Assembly: GCA_002070475.1 (NCBI GenBank)
Contig: MWDI01000023.1
Span: 27,567 to 91,566 of the forward strand
Reading direction: 5' to 3'
Source of the DNA: Firmicutes bacterium ADurb.Bin146
GTDB lineage: Bacteria > Bacillota > Clostridia > DUPQ01
DNA length: 64,000 bases
Shown here: positions 40,039 through 48,592 of the stretch, in pieces
Numbering within the stretch: position 1 is the stretch's first letter
How the letters are laid out: every line of letters starts with the position of its first letter
The notes under the pieces: generated by a model
What the model was told of the DNA's origin: nothing
The model's database searches: none
The model's input: the letters and a program-made list of their open reading frames with translations, nothing else
Position numbers and translations under genes: made by a program

Positions 40039-41052
40039 ATGAAAGTGCTTATCATAGGTGGAACCGGATTATTAGGCAGTGAGGCTGCGAAGGAACTTAT
40101 AAAAAGAGGACATAGTGTGATAGGCATGGCTTTGCCTCCTGTCCCTAAGGGAGCGGATATCCCATCACAGATGGAACTCATCTTAAAAGACTGTATGTCA
40201 TTGAATATAGATGAACTGACTTCAATTATGAAAAAATGCGACGGCCTTGTTTTTGCAGCAGGCGTAGATGAAAGAATTGAAGGGCCTGCACCAATATATG
40301 ATATGTTCTACAGATATAACATAGTACCTTTACAGAAGCTTTTACCTTTAGCAAAAGAATGCGGGATAAAGCAGACCGTAATATGCGGTTCATATTTTAC
40401 ATATTTCGACCGCACTTTCCCTGAATGGGAGTTATACAAGCATCATCCGTATATAAGAAGCAGAGTGGACCAGGCTAAAATAGCTCTTGATTATGCTGAT
40501 GAGAATTTCGCAGTCTCAGTACTGGAGCTTCCATATATTTTCGGAGCCCAGAAAGGAAGAAAACCTGTCTGGACTTTCCTTGTCGATATGATAAAGAAGA
40601 TGCCGATGGCTACCATGTATCCAAAAGGTGGAACTGCAATGATAACAACAAGACAGGTTGGACAGTGCATAGCTTCAGCTTTAGAAATCGGAAAAGGCGG
40701 ACAGCTCTTCCCTGTCTGCACATACAATATGACATGGAAGGAAATGCTATCGATATTCCATGAACACATGGGTATGCCTAACAGGAAGATAATTACCATA
40801 CCTACATTTTTATTCAAAGCAAGCGCTAAGAAAATAGTAAAGCAACAAAAAGCAGCAGGTCATGAAGGCGGACTTGATATGGTTAAATTCGTAAAAGTCA
40901 TGACCTATGAGGCATTCATGAGTGATTTCAATGCCAAAACAATATTCAGAGCAAGACCAGATGATATAAAGAAAGCTATTGGAGAATCAGTCAGGCTTTG
41001 CTTAGATGTACTGGATAAGAAAACAGATGTCATTGACATGAAAGGCGAATAA
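40039..41052 (+). CDS. NAD(P)-dependent epimerase/dehydratase-type (extended/atypical SDR) protein
   Basis: N-terminal Rossmann motif VLIIGGTGLLGS. 337 aa. Confidence 0.7.
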   Translation: MKVLIIGGTGLLGSEAAKELIKRGHSVIGMALPPVPKGADIPSQMELILKDCMSLNIDELTSIMKKCDGLVFAAGVDERIEGPAPIYDMFYRYNIVPLQKLLPLAKECGIKQTVICGSYFTYFDRTFPEWELYKHHPYIRSRVDQAKIALDYADENFAVSVLELPYIFGAQKGRKPVWTFLVDMIKKMPMATMYPKGGTAMITTRQVGQCIASALEIGKGGQLFPVCTYNMTWKEMLSIFHEHMGMPNRKIITIPTFLFKASAKKIVKQQKAAGHEGGLDMVKFVKVMTYEAFMSDFNAKTIFRARPDDIKKAIGESVRLCLDVLDKKTDVIDMKGE

Positions 41053-42306
41053 GTGAATCAGGATATAAAACTGGATATTATTGATCTTTCGTATGAAGGA
41101 AAAGGAATAGCAAGGAAAGATAACCTTGTCTATTTTGTTGATAACGCTTTAGACGGCGAAACTGTAATAGCAAAACCATATGAAAACAAACCTAAATATG
41201 CAAAAGCAAAAGCAGTAAAGATTTTAAATCCATCCCAAAACAGAACTGAACCCAAATGCAAGGTATATGATAAATGCGGAGGGTGCAGCTTAAGGCATAT
41301 GACTTATGAAAGACAGTTAAAGCTGAAGAAAGATACAGTAATTACAAACTTAAAAAGAATGGCGCACATAGAGATTCAAAACTTAATAGTACATCCTAAT
41401 CCTATGCCTGACCATTATCGCAATAAGGCTGAATACCAGATACTAAATGACCAAATAGGATTTTATGCTGACAGGACTCATAAGATAGTTACACATGATG
41501 AATGCCTGCTTCTTCCAAAAGAGATAAATGACATTAAGAAAAATATGGAAAGACATATTACAAGAGATATTACATCGGTTACAATAAGAAAAGCTGATGA
41601 TGGATATATGGTTATATTCGAAAGTGATAAACCCCTGTCAGCAGAAATGATAAACACTTTAAAAGAGAATAAAGAAGTCATATCCATATATCAGAGGAAG
41701 TACGAAAAAAACATACTCATTCACGGCAAACAATATATAACTGATAACCTGTGCGGTCTAAAATTCCAGATATCGCCAGACAGTTTCTACCAGGTAAATA
41801 AAACCCAGACAGAGAAACTATATGAAATAGCAAAACAGTACCTGATTAAATCGCATCCAGAAGATAAACTAAAAAATATGACCATTTTAGATTTATATTG
41901 CGGAATAGGCACTATAGGTCTATTCATGGCGGACATTACAAAGTACATTATAGGTGTGGAAATTGTAAAAGAAGCTGTTAACAATGCAAAAAACAATGCA
42001 AAACTAAATTCCATAGACAACTGTGAATTCATACATGCTGATGTTAACGATGCTATACTCCAAATAGAATACGATATACTGATTGCAGATCCTCCAAGAA
42101 AAGGGTTAGACGATTCAGTTTTACAGTCCATAAGAGACAAGAAACCTGAAACCATCATTTACATATCCTGCAACAGCTCTACATTATCAAGAGATTTGGG
42201 TATGCTTAGCGACATATATACACTAAAAGAAATAGAAGCCGTAGACATGTTCAGCCATACAAGCCACGTGGAGACGGTAGTATTGATGTCACGGGTAAAT
42301 AAGTAA
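41053..42306 (+). CDS. rlmD: 23S rRNA (uracil-5-)-methyltransferase RlmD/RumA family
   Basis: TRAM-like N-terminus, CKVYDKCGGCSL Fe-S Cys cluster, SAM motif DLYCGIGTIG, DPPRKG, C-terminal DMFSHTSHVETVV. GTG start directly after the upstream stop. Confidence 0.85.
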   Translation: MNQDIKLDIIDLSYEGKGIARKDNLVYFVDNALDGETVIAKPYENKPKYAKAKAVKILNPSQNRTEPKCKVYDKCGGCSLRHMTYERQLKLKKDTVITNLKRMAHIEIQNLIVHPNPMPDHYRNKAEYQILNDQIGFYADRTHKIVTHDECLLLPKEINDIKKNMERHITRDITSVTIRKADDGYMVIFESDKPLSAEMINTLKENKEVISIYQRKYEKNILIHGKQYITDNLCGLKFQISPDSFYQVNKTQTEKLYEIAKQYLIKSHPEDKLKNMTILDLYCGIGTIGLFMADITKYIIGVEIVKEAVNNAKNNAKLNSIDNCEFIHADVNDAILQIEYDILIADPPRKGLDDSVLQSIRDKKPETIIYISCNSSTLSRDLGMLSDIYTLKEIEAVDMFSHTSHVETVVLMSRVNK

Positions 42307-42332
42307 AGATGGTGAAAATGCCTTGAAATCAA

Positions 42333-42384
42333 AGGGTTTCGGAATAATAGCCTCGTCCAGGCGGAATGCCGAAGCCCTATTTTT
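42333..42384 (+). terminator. Probable terminator downstream of rlmD
   Basis: 10-bp stem AGGGUUUCGG / CCGAAGCCCU (one G-U) with a large loop, followed by AUUUUU. Confidence 0.5.
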
Positions 42385-42392
42385 ATAGGTTT

Positions 42393-42516
42393 TGACAACA
42401 ATGCTATCGTCTGAAAAAGGGGTATAGTTGTGACAACAGATTAGATAACAGGGGGTCGTGACAACAGGATTGATGTTTTTGACATTTTTCGGTTGCCGTG
42501 ACAATAGGATTGATGT
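42393..42516 (+). repeat. Four same-orientation TGACAA(C/T)A(A/G) repeats, including two 20-nt units (19/20 identical) spaced 40 bp apart
   Basis: TGACAACAA 42393-42401, TGACAACAG 42431-42439, CGTGACAACAGGATTGATGT 42457-42476, CGTGACAATAGGATTGATGT 42497-42516. Confidence 0.8.
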
Positions 42517-42550
42517 CGAAATGTTTTTTACGTTTGAAAGATCATCCTAC

Positions 42551-42579
42551 TTGAATTAGAAAATAAGCTTTGATATAAT
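42551..42579 (+). promoter_or_regulatory. Sigma-A type promoter of the defence operon
   Basis: TTGAAT (42551-42556), 17 nt spacer, TATAAT (42574-42579). Confidence 0.6.
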
Positions 42580-42633
42580 GTTTTTATCAGGGTAAAAACC
42601 ATATTTAATACAGAATTCCATGGAGGACTATCA

Positions 42634-42816
42634 ATGGAGAAAGAAATAAAAAACTGTGGAAGACCATCAGGCAGAATGAAAACAGCGAAAATTGAAGTAG
42701 CCATCGAGCCGGAAATTAAAGAGGCATTTATGGAGAAACTGCGTAAGGAAGGGAAGAAAGCTTCTGCAGAAATTGGAATATGGATTAGAGAATATATTAA
42801 AGACAAAGAAGTTTAA
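42634..42816 (+). CDS. Ribbon-helix-helix (CopG/MobC-like) small DNA-binding protein
   Basis: 60 aa. The GRPSG..KTAKIEVAIEPEIKEAFMEKLRKEGKKASAEIGIWIREYI pattern (beta strand plus two helices) is typical of RHH proteins. GGAGG RBS. Confidence 0.6.
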   Translation: MEKEIKNCGRPSGRMKTAKIEVAIEPEIKEAFMEKLRKEGKKASAEIGIWIREYIKDKEV

Positions 42817-42828
42817 GGAGTTTTTATT

Positions 42829-43767
42829 ATGAGAATACTTTCTTTGTTCAGCGGTATTGGTGGATTAGACTCTGGCTTCATTGAGGCAGGGTTTAATATC
42901 GTATGGGCAAATGATTTTGATAAATACGCTGTAGAAACCTATAGGGCAAATTACGATAACGAAATAGTTCTTGGAGATATAAATAAAATTGCATTAGAGA
43001 CTCTTCCGGATTTTGATGTTCTTATCGGTGGATTCCCTTGCCAACCTTTCAGCATGATGGGATCTGAACTTGGATTCGAAGATACAAGAGGAACACTTTT
43101 CTTTAGAATAGCAGAGATTATTAAGTATAAGACAGAACATCATAACAAACCACGTGTCCTTGTACTTGAAAATGTCAGAACATTAAGAACTCATGATAAA
43201 GGGAAAACTTTCAAGACTATTAAGCATGTGCTTGAAAACGACTTGGGGTACAAAGTCTTTGACACAGTGTTGAATACTGCCGATTACGGTATTCCGCAAA
43301 CAAGAAATAGAACTTATATTGTATGTTTTGCCAATGAAGATGCGGAATTCTCTTTTCCAGATAAAATGCCGTTACAACTGACCCTTCAAGATTTGCTTGA
43401 AGAAAATGTTAACAATAAGTATTTTTTATCTGAAACTATACTCCCTACCATTTTATCAGACGGCACAGGTGGATATAAGGCAAAATCAGAAATAGATTTG
43501 TCTATAGCCAGACCGTTATGTGCAACAATGGGGAAAATGCATAGGGCATGTCAGGATAATTATGTAACACAGAATGGAAGAGTTAGAAAACTTACACCAA
43601 GAGAATGTGCAAGGCTTCAAGGATTTCCTGACAATTTTGTGATTCCTGTATCAGACTGCCAAGCATATAAACAGTTTGGTAATGCAGTTACAGTTAATGT
43701 TGCAAGAGCAGTAGCAACAGAAGTGAGAAATACACTCGAAAGGTTAGGTGAATGGAACGATGATTAA
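42829..43767 (+). CDS. DNA (cytosine-5)-methyltransferase (M1 of LlaJI-type system)
   Basis: Motif I FSGIGG, motif IV GFPCQPFS, ENV, QTRNR, RECARLQGFPD, GNAV. Confidence 0.9.
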   Translation: MRILSLFSGIGGLDSGFIEAGFNIVWANDFDKYAVETYRANYDNEIVLGDINKIALETLPDFDVLIGGFPCQPFSMMGSELGFEDTRGTLFFRIAEIIKYKTEHHNKPRVLVLENVRTLRTHDKGKTFKTIKHVLENDLGYKVFDTVLNTADYGIPQTRNRTYIVCFANEDAEFSFPDKMPLQLTLQDLLEENVNNKYFLSETILPTILSDGTGGYKAKSEIDLSIARPLCATMGKMHRACQDNYVTQNGRVRKLTPRECARLQGFPDNFVIPVSDCQAYKQFGNAVTVNVARAVATEVRNTLERLGEWNDD

Positions 43768-45184
43768 TTACAAAAACGATATAAATGAAATCATCGCCTT
43801 TATAGAGTGCTCCGCTCAAAGTTGTGGATTAGGAACCGGCTATGACAAGAGTCTTGATGCAATCACAAAACACACTGGAGAGGAATATCTCGATTGCCGT
43901 GCAGAACAATTACGTGAAAGTGTAAAGACGAATGAACACCTGGGGAAGGCTTTACGAAAGTTGGACTCGATTTGTAGTGGGCGTTATGAGAAAAAATGCG
44001 AATCTTGCGCAATAAAAAAATATTGCAATACTTATATTTCGTATGTTAGGCAGAATCATCCGCAGAACTTAACGATGGTTGATTTGTTTTGTGGCGCAGG
44101 TGGGCTGTCGCTTGGATTTGTTCAAGAAGGATTTTATGCAGCTCTTGCCAACGATATAGAAGAATGTTGTGTGGATACATATGCACACAACCATCCGGAA
44201 ACTCCTCGGGATCATATCATTCTTGGTGATATTAGGAATGTAGTTGCGGATCTTGAAAATCTCATGGCAGACGAGGACGTCGATATCGTTGTCGGAGGGC
44301 CGCCTTGTCAAGGTTTCAGCATGGCAAACAGACAAAGATTGATTGATGATCCTCGCAACTATCTATATAAGAACTACATAGAAGTCGTAAAAAAACTGAG
44401 GCCGAAGTTCTTCGTTATGGAAAATGTTAAAGGTATGTTTGGCGTAGCTGGGCAGGTAAAAGAGGACTTTCAAAAGATTGGCTATACAGTTGAATGCAAA
44501 GTCTTTAATGCTAAAGATTTTGGCGTTCCTCAAAACAGAGAAAGGTTGATATATATAGGCAATCGTCTCGGAATTGATAATTTGAAAATCATTGAAGAGA
44601 TTGAGAACTCCGCGCAGAAAGCGAAAAAATATGTTTTGAAGGATGCAATTTACGGATTAAGATCATTAAAAGCATTAAGAACACGAAATTCTACCGAAAT
44701 TGACACAGAAGAATCTGGAGGAAAAATCGAGCGAAATACCGACACTTTGACAAACGAGTATATTGATTTAATAAATGCGGGTCGAAACATCCCAATAATT
44801 TGCAACCACAAGGCAAGGTATAATAACGATAGAGATATAGAGATTTACAGTAGATTATTTCAGGGTGATCGATCTGATGATCCGAAAATTGCAGATATAA
44901 TGCCGTATGCAAATAGAAACGACATTTTTAAGGATAAGTATTTCAAACTTGAAGAGGATAAAGTCTGCAAAACAATTACTGCTCACATGAAGTTCGATTG
45001 CAACATGTACATACATCCGACGCAAGCAAGGGGATTAACTCCAAGAGAAGCAGCAAGAGTACAATCCTATCCAGATGACTATTTTTTCAGAGGATCATAT
45101 ACGAAAACATATATGCAAATAGGCAATTCTGTACCGCCACTTTTGGGCAGGGCGATTGCTGCAGTGATTAAACAATATTTGTGA
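43760..45184 (+). CDS. DNA (cytosine-5)-methyltransferase with ~100-aa Cys-rich N-terminal extension (M2 of LlaJI-type system)
   Basis: DLFCGAGGLSLGF, GGPPCQGFS, ENV, PQNRERL, REAARVQSYPD, GNSVPP. Start placed at ATG 43760 after AGGTG (the track start GTG 43748 is also possible). Confidence 0.9.
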   Translation: MINYKNDINEIIAFIECSAQSCGLGTGYDKSLDAITKHTGEEYLDCRAEQLRESVKTNEHLGKALRKLDSICSGRYEKKCESCAIKKYCNTYISYVRQNHPQNLTMVDLFCGAGGLSLGFVQEGFYAALANDIEECCVDTYAHNHPETPRDHIILGDIRNVVADLENLMADEDVDIVVGGPPCQGFSMANRQRLIDDPRNYLYKNYIEVVKKLRPKFFVMENVKGMFGVAGQVKEDFQKIGYTVECKVFNAKDFGVPQNRERLIYIGNRLGIDNLKIIEEIENSAQKAKKYVLKDAIYGLRSLKALRTRNSTEIDTEESGGKIERNTDTLTNEYIDLINAGRNIPIICNHKARYNNDRDIEIYSRLFQGDRSDDPKIADIMPYANRNDIFKDKYFKLEEDKVCKTITAHMKFDCNMYIHPTQARGLTPREAARVQSYPDDYFFRGSYTKTYMQIGNSVPPLLGRAIAAVIKQYL

Positions 45185-45194
45185 GGTGAATGGA

Positions 45195-47138
45195 ATGAAT
45201 TTTCAACAAGCAATTTCTGTATTAGAGGAGAAATTGAAGAATACGGGAACGACAATCGTGTCAGAACGGTATGATGGTATTGTTGTTAAAAAGCTCGAGG
45301 CTTCAAACACACTTGACGAGGGTAGAACAACTAATCAGACACATATAGCCTTTACTGGAACCCAGATGGATATTTTTCCGTATTTGAGATCCGACGGATA
45401 TTTTGAAAGCGATGATGCATCACTTAAGAAGTATTTCATAACACAGATTCCGGTTACCCTATATGAGACTAATGTTAAGTATCTTGCGAATGATAATCAG
45501 ACAGAAATTGTCTTTTCGCAGGGAAAGAAACTCACATCAACATCTGTTATTCGAAGCAAACGACAGAACCAGGCTGATCAGCTTCAAGTCTCCTTGCTGA
45601 ATTTTGATGGTAGTGATTTTGTGTTGTTCAGAAGGCTTTTACACACAGGATCATATCTCATTATTCTGAAAGTTAAGCAAAAATTTGAATATGAGATTTT
45701 AGGTATTAAGGGTGCTGACGCAGAGGATAAACTACATGAGCTTAATAATCAGTTTTTTAAGCTTGCCACCAATACAACCGTAAATGTGAACGATCTTGCA
45801 ACGAGTGATAATTCATCTGTGAAAAAGTCTCTTGTTTTCAACACCGAAATAAAGGCAGATAAGCCGCGTAACCGTATCATTTTTGGTGCTCCGGGAACAG
45901 GCAAGAGTTTTAAACTGAACGAAGACCGCAAAGATCTTCTCGGCGCAGATAGCGAAACCAATTACGAACGTGTAACATTCCATCCGGATTATTCGTATGC
46001 TAACTTTATCGGAACATACAAACCGATTATGGTTTCGAATAAAAAGACAGCATCGGATAAAGATACGGACTATGTTATCTCCATCCTCAATGATGAGAGC
46101 AAGACAGCACAGGAAAAATATGATGTGCTGTTTGAAAAGTTCAAAGGTGACGGTCTGACAAGACTTCCGGTTTTGCTGGGGCTTTATACTGACGAGATGT
46201 TCAAGACCCGGAAGCAGGACGGAACCGATGCCGCCGGTGACAATAGTGTGGAAAGAAATCATGGTAAGGCAATTAGGAAATATGTCAGTCTGCTCACAGG
46301 CAAAGAAGTGTCAAGTGACATAGCTTATGAATATGTTCCGGGACCTTTCATGAGGGTTTATGTGAATGCTCTTAAGAGCGCAAGAAGTGCAAATCCGAAA
46401 CCTTATCTGCTTCTTATTGAGGAAATAAACCGCGCCAATGTGGCTGCGGTATTCGGTGATATTTTCCAGCTTCTTGACCGTGACGAGGATGAAGTCAGTG
46501 AATATCCGATTCAGGCTTCAGAGGACATAAAGAAATATCTTGCTAAAGAGCTGGGCGGAAATCCGGAGGACTACAACAAAATAAAGATTCCGGACAATAT
46601 GTTTATATGGGCTACGATGAACAGTGCCGACCAGGGCGTGTTCCCGATGGATACCGCTTTCAAGAGAAGATGGGATTTCACTTATATCGGAATCGATGAC
46701 AATGATGATGAAATCCAAGGGAAGTATGTAATCCTCGGAAATGCTACATCGCAGAAGGTTGAATGGAACAAACTCAGGAAGGCAATCAACAACTTCCTTG
46801 CGAAGCAGAAAATCAATGAGGATAAGCAGCTCGGACCGTATTTCCTCTCTCGTAAAATTGTAGTGCCGGAAAGTGGAAATGAGATTGATAGCGAAAAGTT
46901 TTGTGAGGCATTCAAGAATAAAGTAATTATGTATTTATTTGAAGATGCGGCAAAACAGAAACGGCCATCTCTGTTTGAAGGATGCTTCGAGAACAGTAGC
47001 CGCTATTCGGAAATCTGCAAAGAGTTCGATGAAAAAGGTGTAGGCATCTTCAATCATGAAATAGGTCTGGACACCGACCCTGAGGACATAAAAATAAACG
47101 GCACGGAGGCCGGTGAAACTGCGGAGGAGACTGAGTAA
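45195..47138 (+). CDS. McrB-family AAA+ GTPase restriction subunit (LlaJI.R1-like)
   Basis: Walker A FGAPGTGKS. McrB hallmarks LLLIEEINRANVAAVFGDIFQLLDR, IWATMNSADQG, DTAFKRRWDF. A ~220-aa N-terminal putative DNA-binding domain. Start ATG 45195 after GAGGTG. Confidence 0.85.
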   Translation: MNFQQAISVLEEKLKNTGTTIVSERYDGIVVKKLEASNTLDEGRTTNQTHIAFTGTQMDIFPYLRSDGYFESDDASLKKYFITQIPVTLYETNVKYLANDNQTEIVFSQGKKLTSTSVIRSKRQNQADQLQVSLLNFDGSDFVLFRRLLHTGSYLIILKVKQKFEYEILGIKGADAEDKLHELNNQFFKLATNTTVNVNDLATSDNSSVKKSLVFNTEIKADKPRNRIIFGAPGTGKSFKLNEDRKDLLGADSETNYERVTFHPDYSYANFIGTYKPIMVSNKKTASDKDTDYVISILNDESKTAQEKYDVLFEKFKGDGLTRLPVLLGLYTDEMFKTRKQDGTDAAGDNSVERNHGKAIRKYVSLLTGKEVSSDIAYEYVPGPFMRVYVNALKSARSANPKPYLLLIEEINRANVAAVFGDIFQLLDRDEDEVSEYPIQASEDIKKYLAKELGGNPEDYNKIKIPDNMFIWATMNSADQGVFPMDTAFKRRWDFTYIGIDDNDDEIQGKYVILGNATSQKVEWNKLRKAINNFLAKQKINEDKQLGPYFLSRKIVVPESGNEIDSEKFCEAFKNKVIMYLFEDAAKQKRPSLFEGCFENSSRYSEICKEFDEKGVGIFNHEIGLDTDPEDIKINGTEAGETAEETE

Positions 47139-48571
47139 TGATATCAAGATTTCTGCGGGAACAGAAAAGATATACGCAGAAGGAACTGTGTCAAATACTG
47201 CAGTGCTCTGAAGAAAAGGTCGTGCCTCTTATCCAGAAGCTCAAAGAATACGGTGTGTTGAAAGCTGTAAAGGCATCAGATGCGCAACGGAACATGTCTG
47301 ATCTTCTGGATGAGGACATAGAGGTTGCTGATGTTGAAGCTGGTGAGAATGAGTACCTGTATGTGTTCACCTTTGTTGGTGTCATTACGGTTGCCGGACG
47401 TGTGCTGAAATGCTATCCGAAATACCTTCTGAGCGCATCCGAACCGAAGGAGGAACTGAAGACCGTTCTTAAGGTGCTTGAACGCTACAATTCAAAAGAG
47501 CAGATTGTCCGGATGTGGAATGAAAGCAGCGAGAGCCAGTCATTCAATCTTCTCGCTGTTCTGCTGTTTCTTCTGAACGATTATTATGAGAACGGCTCCT
47601 ACAGCAATACCGAAGACATTATCGAAAGCAATGGTATGGGTGAAATTCTGTGGGAGAAAACCATTAACGAGACATTCACCTACCTCAGCAACGGAAGACC
47701 TTATTATACGGACTTGCAGACGAAAAAGAGAGTCAACGACGATTATGACTATTTCAAGAGGCTGCATGAATGTCTGATTACGGTTGCTTCAAAAGAACTT
47801 GCGGAGGCGGATCTTCTTGATCTGTTCGAAATCGCCGGTGCAGATCTTTCCGACGAGGAACTCGACGATTTCGGGGACAAGGAATATATCCTTTACAGGA
47901 TTGAAAAGGAACTGAATGTTCAGTTCAACACAAGAAAGCAGCTTGTTCTGAAAGCAATCTACGCTTATGTTGACCGGCGCGGAAGCCTTATGGATATTGA
48001 CTGTCTCTCCATGTTCGGGACAAACAACTTCAACCTTGTCTGGGAGGATGTTTGCAAAGTTATCTTTGATGACAAGCTTCAGGAAAGGATCGGAAACCTT
48101 CAGCTACCTAAAAAACTGAAAGCCGGATACAACCGGCAGGACAAGCTGATTGATCTGATTGAGAAGCCGTTGTGGACTGTGACAGGAAACTGTGCGGCAG
48201 ATACACTCATACCGGATATCATTTCGATTGACGGTGCACAGTTCGTCATATTCGATGCAAAATACTATAACGCGGTGCTCAATGCCGGTGAATCCCCAAA
48301 GGGGCAGCCAGGAATCGAGTCAGTGACAAAGCAGTATCTGTATCAATTGGCGTATAAGAAATTTATTGAGGATCATGGCTTTGACAGGGTACGGAATTGT
48401 TTCCTGCTTCCGACCGAAGAAGATGAGGTTCTTGAAAAAGGCGAAGCTGTTCTGAAGATGCTGGAGGAACTTGGGCTTGAGAATATCAAGGTAAGATTCA
48501 TTCCGGCCAAGAATGCGTATGATTATTATCTTTCGGGAAGAAAAATGAATGTATCTGAACTGAATTTGTGA
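47138..48571 (+). CDS. LlaJI.R2/McrC-like PD-(D/E)xK restriction endonuclease subunit
   Basis: Positioned after and overlapping (TAATG) the McrB-like gene. C-terminal nuclease motif PDIISID...FVIFDAKYY...QLAYK. Confidence 0.75.
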   Translation: MISRFLREQKRYTQKELCQILQCSEEKVVPLIQKLKEYGVLKAVKASDAQRNMSDLLDEDIEVADVEAGENEYLYVFTFVGVITVAGRVLKCYPKYLLSASEPKEELKTVLKVLERYNSKEQIVRMWNESSESQSFNLLAVLLFLLNDYYENGSYSNTEDIIESNGMGEILWEKTINETFTYLSNGRPYYTDLQTKKRVNDDYDYFKRLHECLITVASKELAEADLLDLFEIAGADLSDEELDDFGDKEYILYRIEKELNVQFNTRKQLVLKAIYAYVDRRGSLMDIDCLSMFGTNNFNLVWEDVCKVIFDDKLQERIGNLQLPKKLKAGYNRQDKLIDLIEKPLWTVTGNCAADTLIPDIISIDGAQFVIFDAKYYNAVLNAGESPKGQPGIESVTKQYLYQLAYKKFIEDHGFDRVRNCFLLPTEEDEVLEKGEAVLKMLEELGLENIKVRFIPAKNAYDYYLSGRKMNVSELNL

Positions 48572-48592
48572 TGCTGTAAGGAAGGAATAGAT

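Noticed and set aside
42307-42633. tRNA or tmRNA gene as the integration target, or a CRISPR-like array, at the island boundary
   Set aside because: I could not fold a cloverleaf or find T-loop (GTTCRANYC) motifs. The repeats are only 9-20 nt with irregular 31-40 bp spacing and four copies, with no cas genes. This fits protein-binding sites better than CRISPR.
45195-48571. Reading the McrB-like/McrC-like pair as a classical methyl-dependent McrBC type IV system
   Set aside because: The pair is preceded in the same operon by two C5 MTases with overlapping junctions, which is the LlaJI (site-specific, MTase-protected) architecture. A methyl-dependent McrBC co-transcribed with two 5mC MTases would be self-toxic. 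This is not fully excluded without specificity data.
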